Positions 1 through 10,752 of a DNA stretch of 34,040 bases are shown here, in pieces. The DNA lies in the NCBI GenBank assembly GCA_038087875.1, contig JAXLNO010000093.1:1-34040 (forward strand), written 5' to 3'. Each line of letters begins with the position of its first letter. The first letter of the stretch is position 1. Source of the DNA: Malacoraja senta. Taxonomy: Eukaryota. The notes beneath the pieces are model-generated. The model was not told the origin of the DNA and made no database searches. It was given only the letters and a program-made list of their open reading frames with translations. The position numbers were made by a program, and so were the translations under genes.

Positions 1-2400
1 GGCAGGGGTGCTGAGGAAGAGGATTTCTTTGAATGTATGCGGGATAGTTATCTAAACCAACATGTAGAGGAACCAACGAGAGAGCAGGCTATTCTAGACT
101 GGGTATTGAGTAATGAGGAAGGGTTAGTTAGCAGTCTTGTTGTGCGTGCCCCCTTGGGCAAGAGTGACCATAATATGGTTGAGTTCTTCATTAGGATGGA
201 GAGTGACATTGTTAATTCAGAAACAACGGTTCTGAACTTAAAGAAAGGTAACTTTGAGGGTATGAGACGTGAATTGGCCAAGATTGACTGGCATTTAGTT
301 CTAAAAGGGTTGACGGTGGATAGGCAATGGAAGGCATTTAAAGACTGCATGGATGAACTACAAAAATTGTTTATCCCAGTTTGGCAAAAGAATAAATCAG
401 GGAAGGTAGTGCATCCATGGATAACAAGGGAAATCAGGGATAGTATCAAAGCAAAAGATGATGCGTACAAATTAGCCAGAAAAAGCAGCATACCAGAGGA
501 CTGGGAGAAATTCAGAGACCAGCAGAGGAGGACAAAGGGCTTAATTAGGAACGGGAAAATAGATTATGAAAGAAAACTGGCAGGGAACATAAAAACTGAC
601 TGCAAAAGTTTTTATAGATATGTGAAGAGAAAGAGATTAGTTAAAACAAATGTAGGTCCCTTGCAGTCAGAAACAGGTGAATTGATCATGGGGAACAAGG
701 GTATGGCAGACCAATTGAATAACTACTTTGGTTCCGTCTTCACTAAGGAAGACATAAATAATCTGCCGGAAATAGCAGGGGGCCGCGGGTCAAAGGAGAT
801 GGAGGAACTGAGTGAAATCCAGGTTAGTCGGGAAGTGGTGTTGGGTAAATTGAATGGATTAAAGGGCGATAAATCACCAGGGCCAGATAGGCTGCATCCC
901 AGAGTACTTAAGGAAGTAGCTCCAGAAATAGTGGAAGCAATAGTGATAATTTTTCAAAACTCTTTAGATTCTGGAGTAGTTCCTGAGGATTGGAGGGTAG
1001 CAAACGTAACCCCACTTTTTAAGAAGGGAGGGAGAGAGAAAACGGGGAATTACAGACCAGTTAGTCTAACATCGGTAGTGGGGAAACTGCTAGAGTCAGT
1101 TATTAAAGATGGGATAGCAGCACATTTGGAAAGTGGTGAAATCATTGGACAAAGTCAGCATGGATTTACGAAAGGTAAATCATGTCTGACGAATCTTATA
1201 GAATTATTCGAGGATGTAACTAGTAGAGTGGATAGGGGAGAACCAGTGGATGTGTTGTATCTGGACTTTCAGAAGGCTTTCGACAAGGTACCACATAAGA
1301 GATTAGTATACAAACTTAAAGCACACGGTATTGGGGGTTCAGTATTGATGTGGATAGAGAACTGGCTGGCAAACAGGAAGCAAAGAGTAGGAGTAAACGG
1401 GTCCTTTTCACAATGGCAGGCAGTGACTAGTGGGGTACCGCAAGGCTCAGTGCTGGGACCCCAACTATTTACAATTTATATTAATGACCTGGATGAGGGA
1501 ATTGAAGGCAACATCTCCAAGTTTGTGGATGACACTAAGCTGGGGGGCAGTGTTAGCTGTGAGGAGGATGCTAGGAGACTGCAAGATGCAGTATAATGTG
1601 GATAAATGTGAGGTTATCCACTTTAGTGGCAAAAACAGGAAAGCAGACTATTATCTAAATGGTGGCCGATTAGGAAATGGGGAGATGCAGCGAGACCTGG
1701 GTGTCATGGTACACCAGTCATTGAAAGTAGGCATGCAGGTGCAGCAGGCAGTGAAGAAAGCGAATGGTATGTTAGCTTTCATAGCAAAAGGATTTGAGTA
1801 TAGCAGGGAGGTTCTACTGCAGTTGTACATGGTCTTGGTGAGACCACACCTGGAGTATTGAGTACAATCTGAGGAAGGACATTATAGCCATAGAGGGAGT
1901 GCAGAGAAGGTTCACCAGACTGATTCCTGGGATGTCAGGACTTTCATATGAAGAAAGACTGGATAGACTTGGCTTATACTCGCTAGAATTTAGGAGATTG
2001 AGAGGGGATCTTATAGAAACGTACAAAATTTTTATGGGGTTGGACAGGCTAGATGCAGGAAGATTGTTCCCGATGTTGGGGAAGTCCAGGACAAGGGGTC
2101 ACAGCTTAAGGATAAGGGGGAAATCCTTTTAAGACCGAGATGAGGAAAAAACTTTTTCACACAGAGAGTGGTGAATCTCTGGAACTCTCTGCCACAGAGG
2201 GTAGTTGAGGCCAGTTCATTGGCTATATTTAAGAGGGAGTTAGATGTGGCCCTTGTGGCTAAAGGGATCAGGGGGTATGGAGAGAAGGCAGGTACGGGAT
2301 ACTGAGTTGGATGATCAGCCATGATCATATTGAATGGCGGTGCAGGCTTGAAGGGCCGAATGGCGTACTCCTGCACCTATTTTCTATGTATCTATGTATG
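1..2400 (+). mobile_element. CR1-clade LINE (ORF2 endonuclease end, reverse transcriptase and 3' UTR), degenerate; intronic in NELFE; 5' end outside window
   Basis: ORF 37-1596 has CR1 ORF2 motifs ([49 protein letters not shown]). A 41-nt deletion after 1585 relative to the 10753-12760 copy and later indels break the ORF. It ends in a short (ctatgt-like) tail at about 2381-2400. Confidence 0.95.
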
Positions 2401-2403
2401 TAC

Positions 2404-3225
2404 CACCATTCAATGTGATCATGGTTGATCATCCACAATCCGTACCCCGTTCCTGCCTTCCCCCCAATATCCCCTGACTCTGCTATTTTTAAGTCCTATC
2501 TAGCTCTCTCTTGAAAGCATCCAGAGAACCGGCCTCCCCCGGCCTCTGAGGCAGAGAATTCCACAGACTCACCACTCTCTGTGAGAAAAAGTGTTTCCTC
2601 GTCTCCGTTCTAAATGGCCGACCCCCTTATTCTTAAACTGTGTGTGGCCCCTGGTTCTGGACTCCTCCATGTGTAGGAGCAAAGAGGTCCTTCTGCAGTT
2701 GTACAGGGCCCTAGTGAGACCACACCTGGAGTATTGTGTGCAGTTTTGGTCCCCTAATTTGTGGAAGGACATTCTTGCTATTGAGGGAGTGCAGCGTAGG
2801 TTCACCAGGTTAATTCCCGGGATGGCGGGACTGTCATATGCTGAGAGAATGGAGCAGCTGGGCTTGTATACTCTGGAGTTTAGAAGGATGAGAGGGGATC
2901 TTATTGAAACATATAAGATTATTAAGGGCTTGCACACGCTAGAGGCAGGAAACATGTTCCCAATGTTGGGGGAGTCCAGAACCAGGGGCCACAGTTTAAG
3001 AATAAGGGGTCGGCCATTTAGAACGGAGACGAGGAAACACTTTTTCTCACAGAGAGTGGTGAGTCTGTGGAATTCTCTGCCTCAGAGGGCGGTGGAGGCC
3101 AGTTCTCTGGATACTTTCAAGAGAGAGCTAGATAGGGCTCTTAAAGATAGTGGAGTCAGGGGATATGGGGAGAAGGCAGGAACGGGGTACTGATTTGGGG
3201 ATGCTCAGCCATGATCACCTATTGT
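2404..3225. mobile_element. Two CR1 3' fragments head-to-head (2404-2668 minus, 2672-3225 plus)
   Basis: Plus part encodes [27 protein letters not shown]...GEKAGTGY. Minus part is the reverse complement of the same 3' region. Confidence 0.9.
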
Positions 3226-3253
3226 CTGCTGTCTTTCACCCCCCCCCCCCCAG

Positions 3254-3390
3254 GGACGGACTGGGCCCCGCGCCCCCCGTAAGGGCAATACTATCTACGT
3301 ACACGGAGTGGGCCTGACGGAGGACATGTTGAGAGAGGCCTTCACACACTTTGGTAACATCGTCAACCTGACCATGGATTCCCCCCGCAA
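3254..3390 (+). CDS. NELFE: NELFE internal exon (137 nt), RRM N-terminal half
   Basis: Polypyrimidine tract and CAG acceptor at 3251-3253; donor GTGAGT at 3391. Encodes GRTGPRAPRKGNTIYVHGVGLTEDMLREAFTHFGNIVNLTMDSPR(N). Confidence 0.93.
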
Positions 3391-3519
3391 GTGAGTGGCC
3401 CCCCGCATCGCCCACGTGCCCCCTCCCCCCTCCCCCCCTGACCCCAACCCCCCTCCCCCCCTCCCCCACTGACCATGGATCCCCCCCGCAAGTGAGTGGC
3501 TCCCCGCATTCCCCACGTG

Positions 3520-5590
3520 CCCCCTCCCCCACTGACCCCAACCCCCCTCCCCCACTGACACCACCCCCCTCCCCCACTGACCCCAACCCCCCTCCCCCAC
3601 TGACACCAACCCCCCCCCCCCCCACTGACCCCAACCCCCCTCCCCCACTGACCCCAACCCCCCTCCCCCACTGACCCCAACCCCCCTCCCCCACTGACCC
3701 CAACCCCCCTCCCCCACTGACACCAACCCCCCTCCCCCACTGACACCAACCCCCCTCCCCCACTGACCCCAACCCCCCTCCACCACTGACCCCACCCCCC
3801 CTCCCCCATTGACCCCAACCCCCCTCCCCCATTGACCCCAACCCCCCTCCCCCACTGACCCCAACCCCCCTCCCCCACTGACCCCAACCCCCCCTCCCCC
3901 ATTGACCCCAACCCCCCTCCCCCATTGACCCCAACCCCTCTCCCCCATTGACCCCAACCCCCTCCCCCACTGACCCCAACCCCCCTCCCCCACTGACCCC
4001 AACCCCGCCCCCCCACTGACCCCAACCCCTCCTCCCCCATTGACCCCAACCCCCATCCCCCATTGACCCCAACCCCCCTCCCCCACTGACCCCAACCCCC
4101 CTCCCCCATTGACCCCAACCCCCCTCCCCCACTGACCCCAACCCCCCTCCCCCACTGACCCCAACCCCCCTCCCCCATTGACCCCAACCCCCCTCCCCCA
4201 CTGACCCCAACCCCCCTGCAAGTGAGCGACTCCCCGCATCGCCCACACACACCACCGACGTACCCCCTTACCACTGCCGCCCCAACCCCTCTATGGACTC
4301 CCCCGCAAGTAAGTGACTCACCGCGCCCCCCGACGTACCCCCTCCCCACTGATACCCCAACCCATCCCCCACTGACCCCAGCCCACTGACCCCGACCCCG
4401 ACCCCCTTCCCCCACTGACCCACTCTCCCCCACTGACCCCAACCCCCCTCCCCCACTGACACCAACCCCCCCTCTCCCACTGACCCCAACCCCCCTCCCC
4501 CACTGACACCAACCCCCCTCCCCCACTGACACCAACCCCCTCTCCCACTGACACCAACCCCCCTCCCCCACTGACCCCAACACCCTCCCCCACTGACACC
4601 AACCCCCCTCCCCCACTGACACCAACCCCCCTCCCCCACTGACACCAACCCCCCTCTCCCACTGACACCAACCCCCCTCCCCCACTGACCCCAACCCCCC
4701 TCCCCCACTGACCCCAACCCCCCTCCCCCACTGACACCAACCCCCCTCCCCCACTGACACCAACCCCCCTCTCCCACTGACACCAACCCCCCTCCCCCAC
4801 TGACCCCAACCCCCCTCCCCCACTGACACCAACCCCCTCCCCCACTGACACCAACCCCCCTCTCCCACTGACACCAACCCCCCTCCCCCACTGACCCCAA
4901 CCCCCCTCCCCCACTGACACCAACCCCCCTCCCCCACTGACACCAACGCCCCTCCCCCACTGACCCCAACCCCCCTCCCCCACTGACCCCAACCCCCCTC
5001 CCCCACTGACACCAACCCCCCTCCCCCACTGACCCAACACCCTCCCCCACTGACACCAACCCCCTCCCCCACTGACACCAACCCCCCTCCCCCACTGACC
5101 CCAACCTCCCCTCCCCCACTGACACCAACCCCCCTCCCCCACTGACCCCAACCCCCCTCCCCCACTGACACCAACCCCCCTCCCCCACTGACCCCAACCC
5201 CCCTCTCCCACTGACCCCAACCCCCACTGACCCCAACCCCCTCCCCCAGACACCAACCCCCCTCCCCCACTGACACCAACCTCCCCTCCCCCACTGACAC
5301 CTACCCCCCTCCCCCACTGACACCAACCCCCCTCCCCCACTGACCCCAACCCCCCTCCACCACTGACACCAACCCCCCTCCCCCACTGACCCCAACCCCC
5401 CTCCCCCACTGACACCAACCCCCCTCCCCCACTGACCCCAACCCCCCTCCCCCACTGACCCCAACCCCCCTCCCCCACTGACCCCAACCCCCCTCCCCCA
5501 CTGACACCAACCCCCCTCCCCCACTGACACCAACCCCCCTCCCCCACTGACCCCAACCCCCCTCCCCCACTGACCCCAACCCCCCTCACC
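3520..5590. repeat. 23-bp C-rich minisatellite (actgaccccaacccccctccccc), two arrays at about 3520-4215 and 4340-5590; G-quadruplex-prone on minus strand
   Basis: Direct tandem repetition with variants actgacacc/attgacccc. It produces the long Gly/Trp-rich minus-strand ORFs. Confidence 0.95.
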
Positions 5591-5630
5591 CACCGCTGGT
5601 GCTGATGGTCCTGTGTCCTGTCTCGTGCAG

Positions 5631-5685
5631 TTGTGCGTTTGTGACGTTCGAGACGATGGAGTCCGCAGACCAGGCGATCGCCGAG
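5631..5685 (+). CDS. NELFE: NELFE internal exon (55 nt)
   Basis: gtgcag|T TGT GCG TTT ... GCC GAG|gtaaa; encodes (N)CAFVTFETMESADQAIAE, which includes the RNP1 motif. Confidence 0.95.
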
Positions 5686-5801
5686 GTAAAGTGCAGGGGG
5701 GTCGACCGGTAGCGGGAGCGGCCGGGACACAGTGGGGGTGGGGGAGATAAAACACTGGCAACGTTGACTCACTGGGACAGAGGGAACGGTCCCACATTGG
5801 G

Positions 5802-6521
5802 AACAATAGGTGCAGGAGTAGGCCATTCGGCCCTTCCAGCCAGCACCGCCATTCAATTTGATCATGGCTGATCATCCCCAATCAGTACCCCGTTCCTGCC
5901 TTCTCCCCATATCCCCTGACTCCACTATCTTTAAGAGCCCTATCTAGCTCTCTGTTGAAAGTATCCAGAGAACCGGCCTCCAGAGAATTCCACAGACTCA
6001 CAACTCTCTGGGTGAAAAAGTGTTTCCTCGTCTCCGTTCTAAATGGCTTACTCCTTATTCTTAAACTGTGTGTCCCATGGTTCTGGACCCCCCCAACATC
6101 AGGAACATGTTTCCTGCCTCTAGCGTGTTCAAACCCTTAACAATCTTATATGTTTCAATGAGATGCCCTCTCATCCTTCTAAAACTCCAGAGTATACAAG
6201 CCCAGCCGCTCCATTCTCTCAGCATATGACAGTCCCGCCATCCCGGGAATTAACCTGGTAAACCTACGCTGCACTCCCTCAATAGCAAGAATGTCCTTCC
6301 TCAAATTAGGGGACCAAAACTGCACCCAATACTCCAGGTGTGGTCTCACTAGGGCTCTGTACAACTGCAGAAGGACATCTTTGCTCCTAGACTCAACTCC
6401 TCTTGTTATGAAGGCCAACATGCCATTGGCTTTCTTCACTGCCTGCTGTACCTGCATGCTTACTTTCATAGACTGATGAAGCAGGACCCCCAGATCCCGT
6501 TGTACTTCCCCTTTTCCCAAC
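5802..6521 (-). mobile_element. CR1 LINE 3' fragment
   Basis: Minus ORF 6179-6520 GKGEVQRDLGVL...ERLGLYTLEF plus the CR1 3' UTR. Confidence 0.92.
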
Positions 6522-6685
6522 TTTTTCTCACAGAGAGTTGTGGGTCTGTGAAATTCTCTGCCTCAGAGGGCGGTGGAGTGGGGGGGGGGGGGAGAGATCG
6601 CACACTGGGAATGTCCAGGGCTGGGATAGGGAGCCGGTGTGTGACCCTCCCTCTCTCTCTCACTCTCTGTCTCTCCCCACGGCAG

Positions 6686-6788
6686 CTGAACAGTAGCACG
6701 GTGGGGACGGTGTATCTGAAGGTGATGATCGCCCGTAAACAACTCATGCTGGAGACGGCAACCGGCAAATCTCTCTGGGGCAGTCTAG
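6686..6788 (+). CDS. NELFE: NELFE internal exon (103 nt)
   Basis: ggcag|CTG AAC ... AGT CTA G|gtgagt; encodes LNSSTVGTVYLKVMIARKQLMLETATGKSLWGSL. Confidence 0.95.
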
Positions 6789-7299
6789 GTGAGTAATGTA
6801 TCCCTCACATCTCCCCTCCCTCTCTCCCCTCCTCCCCCTCTCGCCCCCCACTCTCCGTCTGGGGCAGTCTAGGTGAGTGATGTATCCCTCACATCTCCCC
6901 CTCCCTCTCTCCCCTCCTCCCCCTCTCGCCCCCCACTCTCTTCCCCTCTTCTCCCCTCTTCTCTTCTCCCCCCTCTTTCCCCCTCTCTCCCCTCCCTCCA
7001 TCTTCCTCCCCTTTCCCTCTCTCTCCCCCCCTCTCTCTCCCCCCCCTCTCTCTCCCCCTCCTCTCTCTCCCGTTCTCTCTCTCTCCCACCCTCTCAATCT
7101 TCCCCCTCTCTCTCTCCCCCCCCTCCCTCCCTTGTGTGGTACAGTACGGGGGGTGGGGGTGGGGGTGGTGTAGTACGGTACAGGGGGGGGGTGCGCATCT
7201 GATGTACAAGGGGGGGGTGGTCCTGTACAAGGGGGGGGGAGGGGGATGCACATCTGATCCTGTACAAGGGCCTTGAGCCGTTCCCCTTGCTCTCCGCAG

Positions 7300-7376
7300 C
7301 CGTACAGAACAGCGCCAAAGGATGTCACCGGGACAAGCGGACCCAAGTGGTTTACAACGAGGACTTCCTGGGCTAG
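7300..7376 (+). CDS. NELFE: NELFE last coding exon to stop codon
   Basis: ccgcag|CC GTA CAG AAC ... GGC TAG; encodes (A)VQNSAKGCHRDKRTQVVYNEDFLG*. Confidence 0.95.
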
Positions 7377-7550
7377 TACAGCCCCTGCCGGTGAATGGCC
7401 AGCGCGGGCGTTGGGGGGGGGGGGGGCAGTGACCCAGAGAGGCAGACGTACCTGCAACAGGACCAGCTCGATGCCCCCCTACGTCTCTGCGGTTCCTTGC
7501 CCATCCCATTGTCCCGACATTCCCTGTTCTCCCACTCCCATCTCTGTGAC

Positions 7551-8092
7551 TCGGGTCGCCAACTGTAACGGTATTAGCCGGGACATCCCACACATTGGCC
7601 TCTAAATTGGTTTGTCCCGTACGGGACCGCCCTTGTCCCATATTTGACTGCTGGTCGAGGGGGCTGTCATGGTCGGAGCGCCACGCCCGGACCCTGCCTC
7701 GCCCCCCCACCCCCCCCCCCACCCCCGACGTAGTGAAGCCCATGGAGTGCAGCAGCAGCAGCGCCTGTCCCCGTCGGTCGGTCGGTCGGCAGCCCGGCCA
7801 GCTGTCCGGCCTTCGGACCATCGCTTACCGCCGATACCACCCCCCCCCCCCCCCCCTCCTTCTCTGGGCCGATCATCGGTTCATGAGTTGGACAGGGGCT
7901 GTGCGGGCGGCCTCCAGGGCCAAAACTCCTCAGCTGGCCCGCCGGCTGGGCTTTGTGTGCAGTCCAGCACCCGGGGCCAACTCATCATTCACCCAGACAC
8001 GGCCCAGTCGGTCAACGGGTTGCCGTGGGGAATTTGTCACGTATTTTGGACCTTTTGGCCCTTATTTGGGAGTGGGAAAGTTGGCGACCCCA
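7551..8092. mobile_element. Non-autonomous DNA transposon (hAT-like MITE) in the presumptive NELFE 3' UTR
   Basis: Terminal inverted repeats gggtcgccaact / agttggcgaccc. A second homologous copy lies at 28469-28939. No clean TSD, so the superfamily is tentative. Confidence 0.65.
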
Positions 8093-8389
8093 TGTCTGTC
8101 ACCCACACCTCCCCACCCCCGCCCCCTCTCACACTCTCCCCACCCCCTCTCAAACCTCCCCTCCCCCTCTCCTGTCTCTGTCACCCACACCACCCCTCCC
8201 CCTCTCTCTCCCAAACCTCCCCTGCCCCACTCAAAACTCTCCCTCCTGTCCCTGTCACCCACACCTCCCCCTCTCACCCCTGCCCCCCCCCCCCCCCCAC
8301 CACTGTCCCGTCATGGATTGAGGGTGGGGGTTGGAGCTGTGACCCTCCCAGCCCAGACTGCCCGACTGTATATAACGTTCCCTGGTCTA

Positions 8390-8395
8390 AATAAA
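8390..8395 (+). promoter_or_regulatory. Candidate polyadenylation signal for NELFE
   Basis: First AATAAA I found downstream of the stop, in non-repeat sequence, followed by a GT/T-rich stretch. Confidence 0.55.
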
Positions 8396-8468
8396 CGGGC
8401 TGTCTCCGCACCCTGCCCTGTGGTCATCTCTTCTCAGCTGCCGGCTCCACTCTTCACACCTTCACGGG

Positions 8469-9440
8469 GCAGAATCAGGCCATTCAGCCCATCAAGTCTA
8501 CTCCGCCATTCAATCATGGCTGATCTATCTCTCCCTCCTAACCCCATTCTCCTGCCTTCTCCCCATGACTCCCTGACACCCGCACTAATCAACAATCTAT
8601 CTGTCTCTGCCTTAAAAATATCCACTGACTTGTGGCCTCCACAGCCGTCTGTGGCAAAGAATCACAGATTCACCACCCTCCTCTTCTCCTTCCTAAAAGA
8701 ACGTCCTTTAATTCTGAGGCTGTGACCTCTTAGACAATAGACAATAGGTGCAGGAGTAGGCCATTCGGCCCTTCCAGCCAGCACTGCCATTCAATGTGAT
8801 CACGGCTGATCATCCCCAATCAGTACCCCGTTCCTGCCTTCACCCCATATCCCTGACTCCGCTATCTTTAAGAACTCTATCCAACTCTCTCTTGAAAGTA
8901 TCCAGAGAACCGGCCTCCACCGCCCTCTGAGGCAGAGAATTCCACAGACTCACCACTTTTTGTGAGAAAAAGTGTTTCCTCGTCTCTGTTCTAAATGGCC
9001 AACCCCTTATTCTTAAACTGTGTGTGGCCCCTGGTTCTGGACTCCCCCAACATCGGGAACATGTTTCCTGCCTCTAGCGTGTCCAATCCCTTAATAAAAT
9101 GTATGTTTCAATAAGATTCCCTCTGATCCTTCTAAACTCCAGAGTGTACAAGCCCAGCCGCTCCATTCTATCAACATATGACAGTCCCACCATCCCGGGA
9201 ATTAACCTGGTGAACCGATAACATATGATGAGCGTTTGTCAGCACTGGGCATGTGAACATGGGTGATCATCCCCAATCAGTACCCCGTTCCTGCCTTCTC
9301 CCCATATCCCCTGACTCCGCTATCTTTAAGAGCTCTATCCAGCTTTCTCTTGAAAGTATCCAGAGAACCGGCCTCCACCGCCCTCTGAGGCAGAGAATTC
9401 CACAGACTCACAACTCTCTGGGTGAAAAAGTGTTTCCTCG
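8469..9440 (-). mobile_element. Cluster of CR1 3' fragments (about 8469-8730, 8732-9217, 9256-9440)
   Basis: Reverse complements of the CR1 ORF2 C-terminus and 3' UTR seen elsewhere in the window. Confidence 0.88.
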
Positions 9441-9999
9441 ATATGATACTATACAATAGAACTTTATTGATCCCAGGAACAGGCCCTTCGGATGGAGAGA
9501 TCTTTGGAGGGTTGCTGAGGGCTGGCATGGGGCTAGATGGGCCGAATGGCCGAATTCTGCTCCTATCCCTTATGGCTTTATGACAATGGCTTAATTGTGG
9601 CCCCTATCACGTGAGCTCACTGGAGAGCTGGCATGGGGCTAGATGGGCTGAATGGCCTAATTGTGCTCCTATCCCTCATGGCCTGATGACCATGGCTTAA
9701 TTGGGGCCCTGTCACGTGTGAACTCACTGGAGTGGTGGCATGGAGTTAGATGGAGAGATCTTTGAAGGGTTGCTGAGGGCTAGCATGGGGCTAGATGGGC
9801 TGAATGTCAGGACCAGTGGGTGCCCAGCGGGGGGCAGATGCAGAGCGGCCGTGAGTTGGTCCCCGGTCGTTGAGGCAGGGAGAGAAGTAGGGGTAGAGGG
9901 TCTCGGAGAAGGTGTGGGAGAAGGTGTACAGGTGAGCCTTGCTTTCGGCATCGTAGGACACCTGTCCGCCCAGGTGTGGGTGAAGGTGTACAGGTGAGC

Positions 10000-10675
10000 T
10001 GAAAAAGTTACTTTTATAACTAAGCAGGTTTGCTTCTTAATAAACAGACAACCTACAAACGTTTGGTAGACCAGTTCAAAACGTTACTTATTATCGGTCG
10101 ATGGAAGTGGTGAGGAACTCCAGTCAAGTGAACAATACAGACACTTCACTGTCCTCATTCCACTTCCCCGAACAACAGAATTACATCGTATTATATAGTG
10201 TTATTTGTCACCTTCGCACATTCCACAAACATTAGTCATGGTCAGAGGTACAGGAAATAAAGGTTTCTACAGAATGTGTCACATCAAAGGCATCTTGTTA
10301 TATGGTACAAGATATCTTACATATTAAAGACATTGGCCATTTGTCAATACCCCTTAGATCAATCTGGCTTCCTCTCTCGTCACTTCACCCCTCACAGGCA
10401 TTGGACATTTGGTGCAAGGTATTTTACATATTAAAGACATTGGCCATTTGTCAATACCTCTTAGATCAATCTAGCTTCCTCTCTCGTCAAATGGTAGACA
10501 CATGTTATAGTCATTCATTATCTCAATACCACGCAACCTGAGGCAAGCCTAAACTTGCCTTTTCGGTATTAATCTACTGGAGAAAAGCCTGATTTGAGAC
10601 TAAATGTAAGCTGTAAACTGGCCTAGGAACCAATTTAATATCTTCTTATATTTTTAACTTAATTCAGCCTTATCA
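10000..10675. mobile_element. Solo LTR (676 bp) of an ERV or Gypsy-type element
   Basis: Starts TG and ends CA, flanked by the 4-bp direct repeat GAGC (9996-9999, 10676-10679). AT-rich relative to flanks, with internal ~80-bp direct repeats (10303-10382, 10410-10489). Confidence 0.8.
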
Positions 10676-10752
10676 GAGCCATGGTGTCGGCATCGTAGGA
10701 AACCTGTAGGGTCCAGGTGAAGGTATACAGGTGAGCCATGCTATTGGGGTCG

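Larger units (their letters stand above)
3254..7376 (+). other. NELFE: NELFE gene, 3' part (four coding exons; upstream exons outside window)
   Basis: Spliced translation GRTGPRAPRKGNTIYVHGVGLTEDMLREAFTHFGNIVNLTMDSPRNCAFVTFETMESADQAIAELNSSTVGTVYLKVMIARKQLMLETATGKSLWGSLAVQNSAKGCHRDKRTQVVYNEDFLG* closely matches the vertebrate NELF-E RRM and C-terminus. All introns are GT-AG with consistent phases. Confidence 0.96.

Noticed and set aside
3236..5881. Long Gly/Trp/Val-rich minus-strand ORFs (317-645 aa)
   Set aside because: Translations of the 23-bp minisatellite, open in all three frames and antisense within a NELFE intron.
7595..8725. 376-aa plus-strand ORF after NELFE
   Set aside because: Runs through a MITE, C-rich low-complexity sequence and an antisense CR1 fragment; no recognisable domain.
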